64,000 nt of DNA from Spirochaetia bacterium (lineage in GTDB: Bacteria > Spirochaetota > Spirochaetia > WTKD01 > G963693115), in assembly GCA_965226055.1 (NCBI GenBank), contig CBDDCA010000006.1, positions 96,001 through 160,000 on the forward strand, in the 5' to 3' direction. The notes under the pieces are model-generated. The model saw nothing but the letters and a program-made list of their open reading frames with translations, searched no databases and was not told the origin of the DNA. A program made the position numbers and the translations under genes. Of the stretch, positions 51,813 to 63,046 are shown piece after piece (position 1 is the first letter of the stretch; each line of letters begins with the position of its first letter).

Positions 51813-52967
51813 TTATAATGATATACGAGCAGCTCCTAAGCATTCGTAAGCCTGCACATTACAAGTCTCATTTTCCGTAGTATCTAATACCACAGCTGGC
51901 TCATGTTTATAAGAGATACCCTGCATCGTATCTGTATAAAACACAATGTACTGTCCATCTGCAATGCCATAATCTTGTTGTGTTAAATATGCTACCCCAT
52001 TTGTCATACTATTATTCCAATCACAGCGCACTTTCATCAATTCAGGGCCATGACGTATTTTGACATACAGTGATGACAAAGCCAAATCTTTCTCTCCTAT
52101 CCAATGAGAACGAGAAAAGTGTACCCTATCTGACTCTTGTTCGTGTAATAGATTGGCATGACATACCCACACAATATTTTCTTCAAACGATTTTTTAGCT
52201 ACATACCAAGGCCCTCCTCCTAACCCTAACCCAGTCCGTTGCCCAATAGTATAAAACCAACTTCCTTCATGTGTTCCTAAAATCTGGTTAGAATGTATAT
52301 CTACTATAGTACCTGTTTTGATACCAAGATGAAATTTCACAAAATCACGATATTTTATCTTGCCAAGAAAACATAATCCTTGACTATCCTTTCTATCCAT
52401 AGTAATTATATTATGTTTCTTTGCATATGAACGTACCGCAGTTTTCTGCATATCACCTAAAGGCATTACTAATTTTGAAAGCTGTTGTTGATTTAGCATA
52501 GAAAGAAAATAGGTTTGATCTTTTCTCATATCACTTGCTGTCAATAAATGGCATATTTCGTTCTTATCTTTGTATATCCTTCCATAATGCCCTGTAATTA
52601 CAGTATCTATATCAGAAACTCGCTCTAAAAATACCCCTAATTTTATATGACTATTACAAAAAATATCTGGACTTGGAGTTCCTCCATTTCGTAACTCATT
52701 AAGCGTATAGCTTACTATTTTCTCCTGATACTCTTGTTGTAGTGATATTACTGTATATGGTATATCTAAATCTTGAGAAATTTTTTTCACATAAGACAAA
52801 TCTTCTTCCCATGGACATTCACCTAAAAAAGAAAGCTCATCTTCTAACCAAATCTTAAGATAGTATAAATGAATGTGTCTTTTAAGAGATGGATGATCAC
52901 TCATAAATCTGTGTACTGCTACAGAACTATCCACTCCACCAGAAACAAGCGCTGCTATATGTTTCAT
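51813..52967 (-). CDS. mnmA: tRNA 2-thiouridylase MnmA
   Basis: SGGVDS, TPSPDIFCN, KDQTYFL, DSQGLCFLG, YTIGQR. Confidence 0.96.
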   Translation of the reverse strand: MKHIAALVSGGVDSSVAVHRFMSDHPSLKRHIHLYYLKIWLEDELSFLGECPWEEDLSYVKKISQDLDIPYTVISLQQEYQEKIVSYTLNELRNGGTPSPDIFCNSHIKLGVFLERVSDIDTVITGHYGRIYKDKNEICHLLTASDMRKDQTYFLSMLNQQQLSKLVMPLGDMQKTAVRSYAKKHNIITMDRKDSQGLCFLGKIKYRDFVKFHLGIKTGTIVDIHSNQILGTHEGSWFYTIGQRTGLGLGGGPWYVAKKSFEENIVWVCHANLLHEQESDRVHFSRSHWIGEKDLALSSLYVKIRHGPELMKVRCDWNNSMTNGVAYLTQQDYGIADGQYIVFYTDTMQGISYKHEPAVVLDTTENETCNVQAYECLGAARISL

Positions 52968-52971
52968 ATAT

Positions 52972-53085
52972 TTATGAAAAGAGCATTTGTATTAGTGATG
53001 AAAATATAACAGCAACAGTTACCCCAGCAATAGCCACTACAAACAATATCCATTTTTCTTTTGTATTTAATCGTTTCTTACTCAT
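52972..53085 (-). CDS. Small single-TM protein (about 37 aa)
   Basis: MSKKRLNTKEKWILFVVAIAGVTVAVIFSSLIQMLFS directly upstream of mnmA; start chosen by inspection. Confidence 0.4.
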   Translation of the reverse strand: MSKKRLNTKEKWILFVVAIAGVTVAVIFSSLIQMLFS

Positions 53086-53285
53086 CTTATTTAGTATACC
53101 ATACAGGACATTCTTGTAAGAAAAATGAATCACAAATTCAAGCATTACATACGACAAAGGAAAAAAAGTAGTTTGTAATGTCAATATTAGCCATTGAATC
53201 TGCAATTTATCTTGTATTTATTACAGTTACTACAGTAATTCATACTGTCTTAAACATAATAAAAGAAATATAAAGGAGTATTTTA

Positions 53286-53969
53286 ATGAGCACAGAAAAT
53301 ACAATAAATCAAGATACAATAGATTGGGACAAAATAGACCTAGAAGCATTAGATGACAAAAAAGTAGAATTCTTTTATAACAATGCAATACAACTTGTTA
53401 ATAATATAAGAAAAACATCAGATACCCATAGACAAAAATCAGGTCTTTACTTGACAGGATGTATACTATTGCTAACAATAATAATCCCTTTAGTAATGCA
53501 AATAGTACCTTCAATATCCAAAATAACATATACAATATTTAAGGAGAATACTACATGCTTATTTATATTTGTTGTTTTATTAATTACTATCGGTATACTA
53601 GTAATGTTTATTATCATAACAGGATTTTGGAAAGCAATTAAACAATTTCATATAACATTACAAAATAAACATTTTATCAGACCATATTTACCACCGCGAA
53701 GCTTTTTTGAAAATGAAGTATATAAAAAAGAGATGAAAGAAATAAAAATAGATACAATAAAATTATTAGAAAATAAAATAATCCCTGAAAACTTTAATAC
53801 CCAAATAGAGAATACTAAATCATTAGACAAAGGAATAAAGTATTTTATAAAAGCATTCTATATGCTTATAATTTCTCCTATAATACTTTCTATATTGATA
53901 ACAATACTATTAGTTCTACTTCAAATATATAATCCTCAATTACTATATACTATTTCTTACCATTATTAG
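53286..53969 (+). CDS. Hypothetical membrane protein (3 TM), very AT-rich
   Basis: AAAGGAG RBS; three hydrophobic segments. Confidence 0.65.
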   Translation: MSTENTINQDTIDWDKIDLEALDDKKVEFFYNNAIQLVNNIRKTSDTHRQKSGLYLTGCILLLTIIIPLVMQIVPSISKITYTIFKENTTCLFIFVVLLITIGILVMFIIITGFWKAIKQFHITLQNKHFIRPYLPPRSFFENEVYKKEMKEIKIDTIKLLENKIIPENFNTQIENTKSLDKGIKYFIKAFYMLIISPIILSILITILLVLLQIYNPQLLYTISYHY

Positions 53970-54105
53970 ATATTGGAGGATCATAACTTTCTCGTTCTAT
54001 CATTCTTGGATCAATTCTCAAAGTAGTCCTAGCAGTATATCTGCCATTATCAGAAGACACCTTTTGTGGTTGAGGTGTCTGTTTAGTTTGTTTATTCTTA
54101 CTCAT
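53950..54105 (-). CDS. Putative small hydrophilic protein, 51 aa
   Basis: MSKNKQTKQTPQPQKVSSDNGRYTARTTLRIDPRMIERESYDPPISNNGKK; convergent overlap with 53286-53969; no clear RBS. Confidence 0.35.
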   Translation of the reverse strand: MSKNKQTKQTPQPQKVSSDNGRYTARTTLRIDPRMIERESYDPPISNNGKK

Positions 54106-54163
54106 AATTATATTATAGCATATTTACACTATTTTTATTATCTCTCTTCTGCAAGTTTGCGGA

Positions 54164-54199
54164 TTCAAGGACTAATTGCGACAGCAAAGGCTTTAGTAG
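54164..54199. repeat. 36-bp dispersed repeat, copy B
   Basis: Matches 11393-11428 at 32/36. Confidence 0.7.
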
Positions 54200-54352
54200 T
54201 AATCCAATAGAATATTCGACTCATCCTTTTTCTTATAATACAATATACAGCACAGGAGCTTTTGAAGAAGAGCCAACAAGATCTATTTTACGTAATGAAC
54301 GCAGTGCAGAAGTAGACAAGCAATGTCTTCCAAAAAGACTACCTATAAAGAA

Positions 54353-54379
54353 AAAAGAGAGTGCTATGCACTCTCTTTT
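54353..54379 (-). terminator. Terminator of paralog 3
   Basis: Identical to the 1770-1796 hairpin. Confidence 0.85.
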
Positions 54380-54391
54380 AGCTACACTACC

Positions 54392-57300
54392 CTACGATGA
54401 GGGACATGCTACTTTATCACTTTTATCCTTTGGGTACTGTGCTGTTTTGCCAGCCATAGCTGAACCGGAAAAAGTACTATTAAGTATTTGTACCTTACAT
54501 ACTTTCCACGATGATAAATCTTGGTTAAATGAACTAGCTTGAAAAAACATAATATTAATAGCAGTAACATTCTGTACATTCCAACTCCCTATATCTTGAT
54601 TAAATTTAATTGCTCCTGTAAACATACCAATCATAGTAGTAACTTTACTCGTGTCCCAATCTCCTATGTCTTGATTAAATTTAATTGCTCCTGTAAACAT
54701 ACTAATCATAGTAGTAACTTTACTCGTATCCCAATCTCCTATGTCTTGATTAAATACACTTGCATCAGTAAACATAGCCCCTGTACTCTCTACATTACTC
54801 ATATTCCACTGTGTTATGTCTCCATTAAAAGTACTATCATCATTGAATAAATTACTCATATCAGTAATAGCACTGGTATCTATCATATTGAGGTTGGGGC
54901 TAGGGTTACTGTTTCCTCCTGAACCTTGCCTTGTTTTTTCTTCGCTGATAATAGTTTGTAGTGCTGATTTTGTTGTTGGTCTGTAATAGGCTTCTGCTTT
55001 TCCTGATGGTGCTGTTCTTATATCTGTCCGTATAACGATAGTGGCTGGCACTTTTTTCTTTGAAGCGGTTATTGTACACTGTGCTACATCATAGCTATAC
55101 TCAGTAATGGCAGTGTCTCGTATATTGGACTTATTTGCTATGCCTGTTATGGTAACTGTTTTGCTACTCTGTTCAAACGATACTGTAAGGCCTGTTTCTT
55201 TTTTGATTTTCTCTGCATCTGCCTCTTGTATATTGGCATCACAGGTAAAGGCATTGCCACTGGGTGTGCTGGTAAGTACTCTTGTAATATTTGATGCTAG
55301 TGCTGTACCTACTGTTGCTGATACTATGCTAGTGTTTCCTATAGCTATTCCTCTTGCTTCAAACTCGTGGCGTAGTCCAGTGGATGCTTTTGTGTCATCG
55401 GTGCTGTTTACTGCTTGTACTACTATTTCGTAGGTCGTTCCGTTTGTCAATCCTGTCAGGGTAGTGTTTGTTGTTCCTGCTGCTATGTTTTTTGTTGCTG
55501 TATTAGCATTTGCTTTTATCTGTGCTACGCTTCTCGTTGTATCACCACTCTTAGCAATGCTGTATACTTTGTACGATACCTGTGCTACTGTTAGGGTAGC
55601 TCCTGTATTTGCTTTGTGGCTTGCACTGAGGCTGGGAGCTGTCCATGATATTCTCATACCTGTCTGGGCTACTCTTGTCTGTATAGTTGATACTTCTGCG
55701 GGGGCGGTCGCCTGCGATGCTGTCGTTACACTTGCCACTGTTGAGGATGCTACTTTCTTGCTTGGGTCTGTTTTTACTGCTACTTCTACCACAAAATAAT
55801 ACTTTGTTGCTCCTTTTATTGCTACTACTGGTGCTGTGTCTGAAGATAAGCCTAAACTCGCAAGGGCTTGTACTGTGTACACTCCGCTACTTGCACTGCC
55901 TAGGTTTACTTTTCTGCCTGCAAGTACTTCTGCTACTGTAGGGTCAGTGTCTTTCTGTAAGCCATACACGGTGTATACTAGCTGATTGCTTGTTGTTACT
56001 GTTGTGCCATCGTAGTCTTTTGCTCCTGTAAATGTATTTAGCTCGGTAAGTACCAGCTTTATTGTTCCTGTAGTGTTTGTTGACTGTGATACTACCAACT
56101 TTCCTGTCAGTAATGACTGGCTGGGTGCTACTGCTTTGGAAGTATAGATTTCTTTTATTTCTGTTACATCGGTGTAAAAGCCTGCAGGAAAGAGCTTGTC
56201 GCTATTTGTTGCATCGTAATTGGGAGATGTTGTGTTGACTATCCTCACTCCTATGTAGTAATCTTTGGCTGTTTCTATGGGGGTTGCTCCTGCATTGCTT
56301 CCACTGGCGCTGTCTACTATTGGTATGGATATGGTTGATTGAGTTGTTCCTGTTGCTTTTGTGTACTTTGCTACTTTTACACTACTTTTTTCCACTGCCC
56401 ATAAAGCTGATACACTGGCAGGCTTTCCAGTAGTATCTTCTTTCTTGAGGTATAGCACATAGTACGCAAGGTCTGTTGCTGCAAGGGCATTGCCGTTTGC
56501 CTTGCTCACTCCTGCTATGTCTGAGGCATTTACTTGTACTGTTATGACTTTTTTCCCTCTATTGCCTCCTGTGCTAGGCACTGCAAATACTACTGCATTA
56601 CTATTAGTGTAGGTGGTGCTTTTTGGGGTATTTGGTGGTGCAGTAAGCGTTGCTTTCTTTATTGTTGCTGATGCTCCTGTACTATACGAGGGATTGAGGC
56701 TGTTTATTGCTTCTACTCCTGCGGTATAGTCTGCTCCTTTTGTTCCTATAAATGTTGCTTTTAATGGAGTGCTATCTCCTGCTAGCTCCCGTGTTTGTAC
56801 TCCCGCAAGGGCTTTTATTTCTTCTAGTGTCTTTGTGCTGTGGTCTCCTGCTGCTATGTATACTTTGTATTGTATTTGTGCCTGTGTGAGTTTTGCTCCA
56901 CTAGGTGCTTTGTTATCATTAGTAATAGTACCTGCACTAAATGTATAGGCTGCTTTTGCAGTTGTTTGGGTTACTGACTCTACGGAGAGCTTTGCATCTT
57001 TTGCAGCGGGCGGTGCTGTCGAGGTGCTATCGTATACTGCTACTGCATCAGCAAGTGCGGTTACGGGGCTTACTCTGTTATTTGCTATTTGCAGAAAATC
57101 AAAGCGATAATTCTTGGCATTTGCTTGGCTCTTGGGTACTTCTACGCCATCTGCTATCCCAAAGCTAATGGTGGTTGCTGTGTTTGTTATGCTTTTTTCT
57201 GCTATTAAGGTAGCTCCATCTTTCATACGCAGAGTATAGTATCGTCCTATGCCTGGAGCATTCTTAAAAGTTGCTTTTATCTGTATAGCTCCTGTTGTGT

Positions 57301-59134
57301 CAAGTGTAGGCTTGCTTTGAAAGAGATCCTCTGAGGGAGCTGTGAGTGAGTTGGGGGTGGTTATGTCTTTTGTTGCTTGGCTACTTTTGTTTTCTGAGTA
57401 ATCAAGCGTGAGTATTGTTATGGTGTATGTTTTGCCTTGCACAAGTTCCTCAACAGAGAGTGATGTTGTGGGATAGGGTATTTTCTTCTCGCTCAGTACT
57501 GCAGTGCTTGTGCCTTTTTCTGCTATGCTTATGCTGTATTCTTTTATGTCTTTGTTGTTGGCTTTTGTTGTATCGGGGGCTGTCCATGTTATCTGTGTGC
57601 CTATCTTTGCTGCTGATACAAAAGGATAGCTTGCTTGTATGTTTGTTACTGCATCGGGGGCGGTGCTATCTGCTGATGTGGTTACTGTGGCTGTTGCTTC
57701 TGTTCCTTTGTTGCCTGCACTGTCCATTGATACGACTGCCACTGTATACTCAGTGGTAGCTTTGAGGCCTGGTATCTGTGTATTGCGTACTGTTCTCTCT
57801 GTTATTGTTACTGTCTTTGCTGCTGTTGTGCTGTCCTTTTCTGTTGCTGTTATAGTCACTCCTGCATAATCTCGTACATCGGGGGCTTGCCAGCCTACTA
57901 CTATGCTGGTTGCTCCTCCTATGGCACTTACATTGCTTACAGGCTCTGTGCTTTTGTCTGTTGTTGCTTGTTCTTTTGACACTGCAGTGGAGTACTTTCC
58001 GTTTTGAGAAACATACACTTCTACTTTGTAAGTAAGCGTACCGTAGAGTTTTGTGAGGGCTATGCCATCTTTTGCCACATACACAGTGGCGTACTCTTGG
58101 TTGTCTGCACTTGCTCCGCTGACATTTGTTGCACTTGTATCTTTGTCTATTGTCTCTTCTGCTACTACTGTATTTGTTGCGGTTGCTGTGACTCGTACTT
58201 GGAGACTTTTTTCTGTACTTCCTGTTCCAAAGTCAAAACTCCCCCACTTAATAAGCAGGCTTTCATCGGCTGGGCTATTGCTTTTATCGTTTGCTGTTAC
58301 TGTAAGGTCTGATGCGGAAAGTGGCGTTACTGTTTGTGAGAGTGCTGATGGCACTATGCCTCTGAGTGCTTGCTTTGCCGTGCTTTTGTTACCATTGCTA
58401 TCTTTGTATACTACTACTATATCATAGCTGATGCCGTCTATAGTGGGTACTGCAATAGTTACTTCTCCTTGTATTACATCTTGTACTGATACTTCTGTCT
58501 TTACATTAGTAGTTTTTTCTATCACTTGTATTGTGGCTTCGGCTATGTCTGTCTTGCCTGACGAGAGCAGTGCTTTGTCCCATGTTAGCTTTATACTATC
58601 GTTTTGTGCTTTCTCTACTGCTACCCGTGTAAAGGTGTCCTGTGGTGCAGTTTCATCGGTTAGTGTTGTCACAGAACGGGTTGTTTTTGGTGATACTTCT
58701 GTGTCTGAGCCTGAGTCTGATTTTTGGGCTTCTATCTCTACAGTATAGTCAGTGGTAGCGTGCAAGCCTCTGAGGGTGTAGGGTCTGTTTTGTTGAAACA
58801 ATGCACGATATTCTATTGCAGGAACACGCACCTGTATTGATTGGGCTGGTGTTGTTGATGTAGCTTTTACGACTACATGCGTAGCATCACTGGGAGCTTG
58901 CCAGCGTAACGAGAGTGTCCCATCGTTGCTTGCTGCTTGTATCTGCACATTGGACACTGATGCGAGTGTCGGTGTTACTGAATTTCCCCCTCCGCCTGAG
59001 GAACTGCTGCTACTCTCTGCACATCCTACGAGTACGAGGGTAGTTATTGCTAGCACTAAAAATAGTACTACAACTATAAATATGTTCAGCTTACCATTTA
59101 GCTGATAGTTTAGTTTTTTCATTACTTTTTTCAT
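54392..59134 (-). CDS. Giant FN3/DUF285 lipoprotein (paralog 3)
   Basis: Same architecture as paralog 1; near-identical over the first ~1,150 aa, different distal stalk and tip. Confidence 0.85.
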   Translation of the reverse strand: MKKVMKKLNYQLNGKLNIFIVVVLFLVLAITTLVLVGCAESSSSSSGGGGNSVTPTLASVSNVQIQAASNDGTLSLRWQAPSDATHVVVKATSTTPAQSIQVRVPAIEYRALFQQNRPYTLRGLHATTDYTVEIEAQKSDSGSDTEVSPKTTRSVTTLTDETAPQDTFTRVAVEKAQNDSIKLTWDKALLSSGKTDIAEATIQVIEKTTNVKTEVSVQDVIQGEVTIAVPTIDGISYDIVVVYKDSNGNKSTAKQALRGIVPSALSQTVTPLSASDLTVTANDKSNSPADESLLIKWGSFDFGTGSTEKSLQVRVTATATNTVVAEETIDKDTSATNVSGASADNQEYATVYVAKDGIALTKLYGTLTYKVEVYVSQNGKYSTAVSKEQATTDKSTEPVSNVSAIGGATSIVVGWQAPDVRDYAGVTITATEKDSTTAAKTVTITERTVRNTQIPGLKATTEYTVAVVSMDSAGNKGTEATATVTTSADSTAPDAVTNIQASYPFVSAAKIGTQITWTAPDTTKANNKDIKEYSISIAEKGTSTAVLSEKKIPYPTTSLSVEELVQGKTYTITILTLDYSENKSSQATKDITTPNSLTAPSEDLFQSKPTLDTTGAIQIKATFKNAPGIGRYYTLRMKDGATLIAEKSITNTATTISFGIADGVEVPKSQANAKNYRFDFLQIANNRVSPVTALADAVAVYDSTSTAPPAAKDAKLSVESVTQTTAKAAYTFSAGTITNDNKAPSGAKLTQAQIQYKVYIAAGDHSTKTLEEIKALAGVQTRELAGDSTPLKATFIGTKGADYTAGVEAINSLNPSYSTGASATIKKATLTAPPNTPKSTTYTNSNAVVFAVPSTGGNRGKKVITVQVNASDIAGVSKANGNALAATDLAYYVLYLKKEDTTGKPASVSALWAVEKSSVKVAKYTKATGTTQSTISIPIVDSASGSNAGATPIETAKDYYIGVRIVNTTSPNYDATNSDKLFPAGFYTDVTEIKEIYTSKAVAPSQSLLTGKLVVSQSTNTTGTIKLVLTELNTFTGAKDYDGTTVTTSNQLVYTVYGLQKDTDPTVAEVLAGRKVNLGSASSGVYTVQALASLGLSSDTAPVVAIKGATKYYFVVEVAVKTDPSKKVASSTVASVTTASQATAPAEVSTIQTRVAQTGMRISWTAPSLSASHKANTGATLTVAQVSYKVYSIAKSGDTTRSVAQIKANANTATKNIAAGTTNTTLTGLTNGTTYEIVVQAVNSTDDTKASTGLRHEFEARGIAIGNTSIVSATVGTALASNITRVLTSTPSGNAFTCDANIQEADAEKIKKETGLTVSFEQSSKTVTITGIANKSNIRDTAITEYSYDVAQCTITASKKKVPATIVIRTDIRTAPSGKAEAYYRPTTKSALQTIISEEKTRQGSGGNSNPSPNLNMIDTSAITDMSNLFNDDSTFNGDITQWNMSNVESTGAMFTDASVFNQDIGDWDTSKVTTMISMFTGAIKFNQDIGDWDTSKVTTMIGMFTGAIKFNQDIGSWNVQNVTAINIMFFQASSFNQDLSSWKVCKVQILNSTFSGSAMAGKTAQYPKDKSDKVACPSS
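54594..54743 (-). repeat. 75-bp tandem duplication of one DUF285 repeat
   Basis: Two units differing at 2 nt ([18 protein letters not shown] / [18 protein letters not shown]). Confidence 0.9.
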
Positions 59135-59161
59135 AATATTCTCCTTGTTGGTATCTCTATT

Positions 59162-59246
59162 GTGTAATTATTATTACACCTAAGCATCATTATAGTACAA
59201 ATACTATTTTTGTGTGTCATATCTACAAAAAAAAAAAAAAAAAAAA
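59162..59246 (-). promoter_or_regulatory. Promoter region of paralog 3: palindrome, -10 TATAAT, upstream T20 tract
   Basis: GTGTAAT-N4-ATTACAC at 59162-59179; TATAAT at 59189-59194; A20 on + strand at 59227-59246. Confidence 0.65.
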
Positions 59247-59375
59247 TGCGATGAAATACACAAAAATACACAATAAAAAAATGATAATAATGCTACAATA
59301 GAGATGCTATGAACAAAAGAGCAAGCACACAACTTCTTTACTATCATTAGTATGAAACAATACTATGTAGTGAAG

Positions 59376-61379
59376 CTACATAACATTCATAGGATCGGGA
59401 TCTATTTCAATATGCACCTTATTTTTTAGTGCTATATCCGATATGCTAGGCAATAAAACAGTGCGAGAAATATGGAGTAGCTGTTTCTGGCTGCGAGCAT
59501 ATAATATAATATGCATACGATAATTTTTTGATAGCTTATACAAAGCACACGGGGCTGGTCCTAAAAAAGAGAGAGTACTCACTTTACTACTAAGAATGTT
59601 TGCACAGGTATTGGCAGTACTCACCACAGCATCTTCGTTTATGCCACGAAACACTAAACGTAACATACGACAAAATGGAACAAGATTATATTGTTTTCTT
59701 TTTTGTAACTCCTCTTCATAAAATGCTACTTGATCCCGATTGATAAAATGCTGTAAAAAAGACTTATCTTCTGCATAGCTTTGTATAATAACATGTCCTT
59801 TTTCAGAAAATCTACTTGCTCGTCCAGTCGCTTGTTCAAGCAACGCATAGGCTTTTTCGTATGCTCTAAAATCAGGAAGGGTAAAAAGACTATCACAAAA
59901 TAAGATGCCAACAAGATGAAGGTTTGGTATGTTAATGCCTTTTGCTATCATCTGTGTACCAATCATAATAGAATACTGTTTATGATAGAAATCAAGTAAT
60001 AATTGTGTACTCTGTCCTTTCTTTTTGGTGCTATCTGAGTCAATACGCACAATGTTTTCACGTGGAAATAATGTATGTATCTCATGTTCTACTCTCTGTG
60101 TTCCCCAACCACGCAAAGAGAGTGCTGTGTACCCACAACTAGGACAAAGCTCTGGTTCATCCATACTGTACCCACAATGATGACACAAAAGAAAACGCTT
60201 TTTACTTCTATGACTTACGAGTGATACCGAACAATTAGGACACTCAAAGTAAGTACCACAGTTATCACATAAGAAAGCATGGGAAAAACCTCTTTTGTTT
60301 ACTAACAATATTACTTGTTTATCAAGAGAAAGACTATGTTGTATTGCTTTTTCTAACTCTTCGGAAATAGCACGTGTTGATCCCCGTAAAGACACTATAT
60401 TCACAGTAGGAAATCCAGTAGATGAAATACGTTCAGGTAAGGATATACATCGTATATTTTTTTCTTGTATATTATACCAACTCTCTAACGAGGGGGTTGC
60501 TGACCCCATAAGTAAAAGAGCCTTTGCTTTCTTACTCCGCCACATTGCTACTTGACGTGCATGATAGCGAGGAGCTTTATCCGATTTATATGAGCCATCA
60601 TTTTCTTCATCAATAATGATCAATCCTAAACGGTTACATGGAGCAAAGATAGCACTACGTACTCCCACCACTATTGAAGTTTCGGTATGTAAGATACGAT
60701 TCCACTGATATAATTTTTGAGCAGCACTGAGTCGAGAATGAAGTACAGCAACATTTTCTTCTCCAAAACGAAACACAATAAGAGGTAATACCTGCTCTAG
60801 CAAAGCAATCTCAGGCAAAAGATAAATAACTTGCTTTCCTTGTCGAATAGCATGTTGCATGCTTTGTAAATATACCTCTGTTTTCCCTGAACCTGTTACC
60901 CCATGTAAATACACATATTCACTGGTATTGGCATCTATAGATGCACTGATGGAAACAAGGGCTTTTTGTTGATTATCTGTTAAACGAGGAAAGTCTTTTG
61001 GAAAATATGAGATAAGTGTTTTTGAAAAAGTGAGTTCTTTTGCTTTTGTATCAGTAGCAGAAATTAAGGTAAACAAACACTGTCCAAGTGAGCATACATA
61101 ATAATCAGACATCCACTGTGCTAATGCTATAAGCTCAGCAGTATACACTCTTTGAGCGTACCCTTTATCTTTTGTATCTTGCTCTATCGTTTTAATATGA
61201 ATATTCTTATCCTGTAACTCCTTTACTTTTTTATCATCTTCCTTAGACACTATAACAGCAGGAAGAGCCACACTATGTAAGCGAGCTTTTACTCTTGAAC
61301 CTATGGTAAGTTCTTGCTCACTTGCATATGTATAAGTAGAACGTAAAGGACGATTGAAAGCAAGCTGATAATAATGCAC
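59376..61379 (-). CDS. priA: Primosomal protein N'
   Basis: GVTGSGKTEVY, four CxxC motifs, GTQMIAKG, LGPAP. Confidence 0.95.
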   Translation of the reverse strand: MHYYQLAFNRPLRSTYTYASEQELTIGSRVKARLHSVALPAVIVSKEDDKKVKELQDKNIHIKTIEQDTKDKGYAQRVYTAELIALAQWMSDYYVCSLGQCLFTLISATDTKAKELTFSKTLISYFPKDFPRLTDNQQKALVSISASIDANTSEYVYLHGVTGSGKTEVYLQSMQHAIRQGKQVIYLLPEIALLEQVLPLIVFRFGEENVAVLHSRLSAAQKLYQWNRILHTETSIVVGVRSAIFAPCNRLGLIIIDEENDGSYKSDKAPRYHARQVAMWRSKKAKALLLMGSATPSLESWYNIQEKNIRCISLPERISSTGFPTVNIVSLRGSTRAISEELEKAIQHSLSLDKQVILLVNKRGFSHAFLCDNCGTYFECPNCSVSLVSHRSKKRFLLCHHCGYSMDEPELCPSCGYTALSLRGWGTQRVEHEIHTLFPRENIVRIDSDSTKKKGQSTQLLLDFYHKQYSIMIGTQMIAKGINIPNLHLVGILFCDSLFTLPDFRAYEKAYALLEQATGRASRFSEKGHVIIQSYAEDKSFLQHFINRDQVAFYEEELQKRKQYNLVPFCRMLRLVFRGINEDAVVSTANTCANILSSKVSTLSFLGPAPCALYKLSKNYRMHIILYARSQKQLLHISRTVLLPSISDIALKNKVHIEIDPDPMNVM

Positions 61380-62207
61380 TTAATATGAACCTGCTACCTC
61401 ATGAAGTATTTTTTGTAATTTTTGTAAATCTAACCATACAGGACGGCGATAATCAGGATTACGAAGCACCGCACTGGGATGATATGTGGCTATCATAGGA
61501 ATGGAGTTATAGCTTAAGTGCTGCATACGTAAAGAAGCCATTGATTTTCCCCACTGCTTACTTAAAAACTGTGTTGCAATTCTTCCGACACAAAAAATAG
61601 CTTTTGGCTGTAAAATAGCAAGCTGTTTATGTAAAAAACTACTACAAGCAATACATTCCTGCTCCTGTGGGTCTCTATTTTTAGGAGGACGACATTTCAC
61701 GATATTAGCAATAAAAGCATTTGTTTTTCGACTTAACTGTATAGCTTCAAGCCATTTATCAAGATATTTTCCTGCCTTCCCTACAAAAGGACTTCCGCTT
61801 CTATCTTCATCTGCACCAGGAGCCTCGCCTATGACCATCACTAAGGGTTCAACTACTCCTTCGCCAGGCACCGTGTATGTTCTTCCTTTTGAAAGCTCAC
61901 ATTTTGTACAATGAGCTATATCCGACTGAATTTTTTGAATAGCCTCTAATTTTTCTTGATATGTCGAAACAGTATGTTTATCAGTAGAAGTATATGCTCT
62001 CACTTGCATATGCTCTGCATCAAAACTATGTGTTATATCTGTTTTGCCTGTATACGGAACTGCTTCATAGGAAACAGTGTCATCAATTTCTAGCATATCT
62101 TTCCCAAAACAAAGCCTTTCTATCATAGACGCAACAATATGAGATAGCTGTTTTCGTACAGGGAGTTTTGTCTGTTTCTTTGCTACAGTATTAGATATAT
62201 CTTCCAT
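61380..62207 (-). CDS. Uracil-DNA glycosylase, family 4
   Basis: CTKCEL, GEAPG, PFVG, KCRPPKNR, TYHPSAVLR. Confidence 0.92.
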   Translation of the reverse strand: MEDISNTVAKKQTKLPVRKQLSHIVASMIERLCFGKDMLEIDDTVSYEAVPYTGKTDITHSFDAEHMQVRAYTSTDKHTVSTYQEKLEAIQKIQSDIAHCTKCELSKGRTYTVPGEGVVEPLVMVIGEAPGADEDRSGSPFVGKAGKYLDKWLEAIQLSRKTNAFIANIVKCRPPKNRDPQEQECIACSSFLHKQLAILQPKAIFCVGRIATQFLSKQWGKSMASLRMQHLSYNSIPMIATYHPSAVLRNPDYRRPVWLDLQKLQKILHEVAGSY

Positions 62208-62275
62208 TATTTCTTTCTTCTGTTCTTTATTATAATTGTTTTTATGAAAATACTTGCATATATTCTTATATATTC

Positions 62276-63046
62276 CTACTCTTTCTTTAGTGTAGCGTAT
62301 TCAACATCACAAAGACAAAGCCCTTTTGCTGCAACAACAGTCGCACAAAGGCTATTATCTCGTGCCTGTAATATATCCTTTACCACATACTCTATAGATT
62401 TAGAGAGCTTACGATAATACGCATTCTGTAATAAAGTACCTACAATAGAACGAATCATTTTCCATAAAAAAGCATTAGCACTAATATACAATCGTATAAT
62501 ATTTGTATCATGAGAATAACTCATATGTATATTGTATATTGTACGCACAGTATTCTGCTGAGTATTAGCATGTACTGTAAAAGATTGAAAATCATGAGTA
62601 CCCACTAAGCCCTGTGCTTCGTCTTCCATTGCATTAAAATCTAATGCTGCATCAACCCCCAAAGCGTATAATCGATATATAGCAGGAACCTGCCTTCCTC
62701 GATAAAACTGATAGTAATAGCAACGCTGTATTGCAGAATACCTTGCATGAAATGTCTCTTCTACCTCCTTAGAATAGAGTACTACTATATCATCTGGCAA
62801 ATAGGAGTTTAACACAACATTTATTTTTTCCGCAGGAATATGACTACGTGTTACATAAAAATTTACATAACTTTTTTCTGCATGTACTCCTGAGTCAGTT
62901 CTCCCTGATCCAATAATTCGTATTGGAACATCATAGACTTTGTGTAATGCTTTCTCAATAGTATCCTGTACAGTTATACAATCTGATTGTGACTGAAACC
63001 CATGATACTCAGTACCATCATAAGAAATACACAGTAATATATTCAT
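62276..63046 (-). CDS. truA: tRNA pseudouridine(38-40) synthase
   Basis: YDGTEYHGFQ, GRTDSGVHA, FHARYSA, FLWKMIR. Confidence 0.95.
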   Translation of the reverse strand: MNILLCISYDGTEYHGFQSQSDCITVQDTIEKALHKVYDVPIRIIGSGRTDSGVHAEKSYVNFYVTRSHIPAEKINVVLNSYLPDDIVVLYSKEVEETFHARYSAIQRCYYYQFYRGRQVPAIYRLYALGVDAALDFNAMEDEAQGLVGTHDFQSFTVHANTQQNTVRTIYNIHMSYSHDTNIIRLYISANAFLWKMIRSIVGTLLQNAYYRKLSKSIEYVVKDILQARDNSLCATVVAAKGLCLCDVEYATLKKE

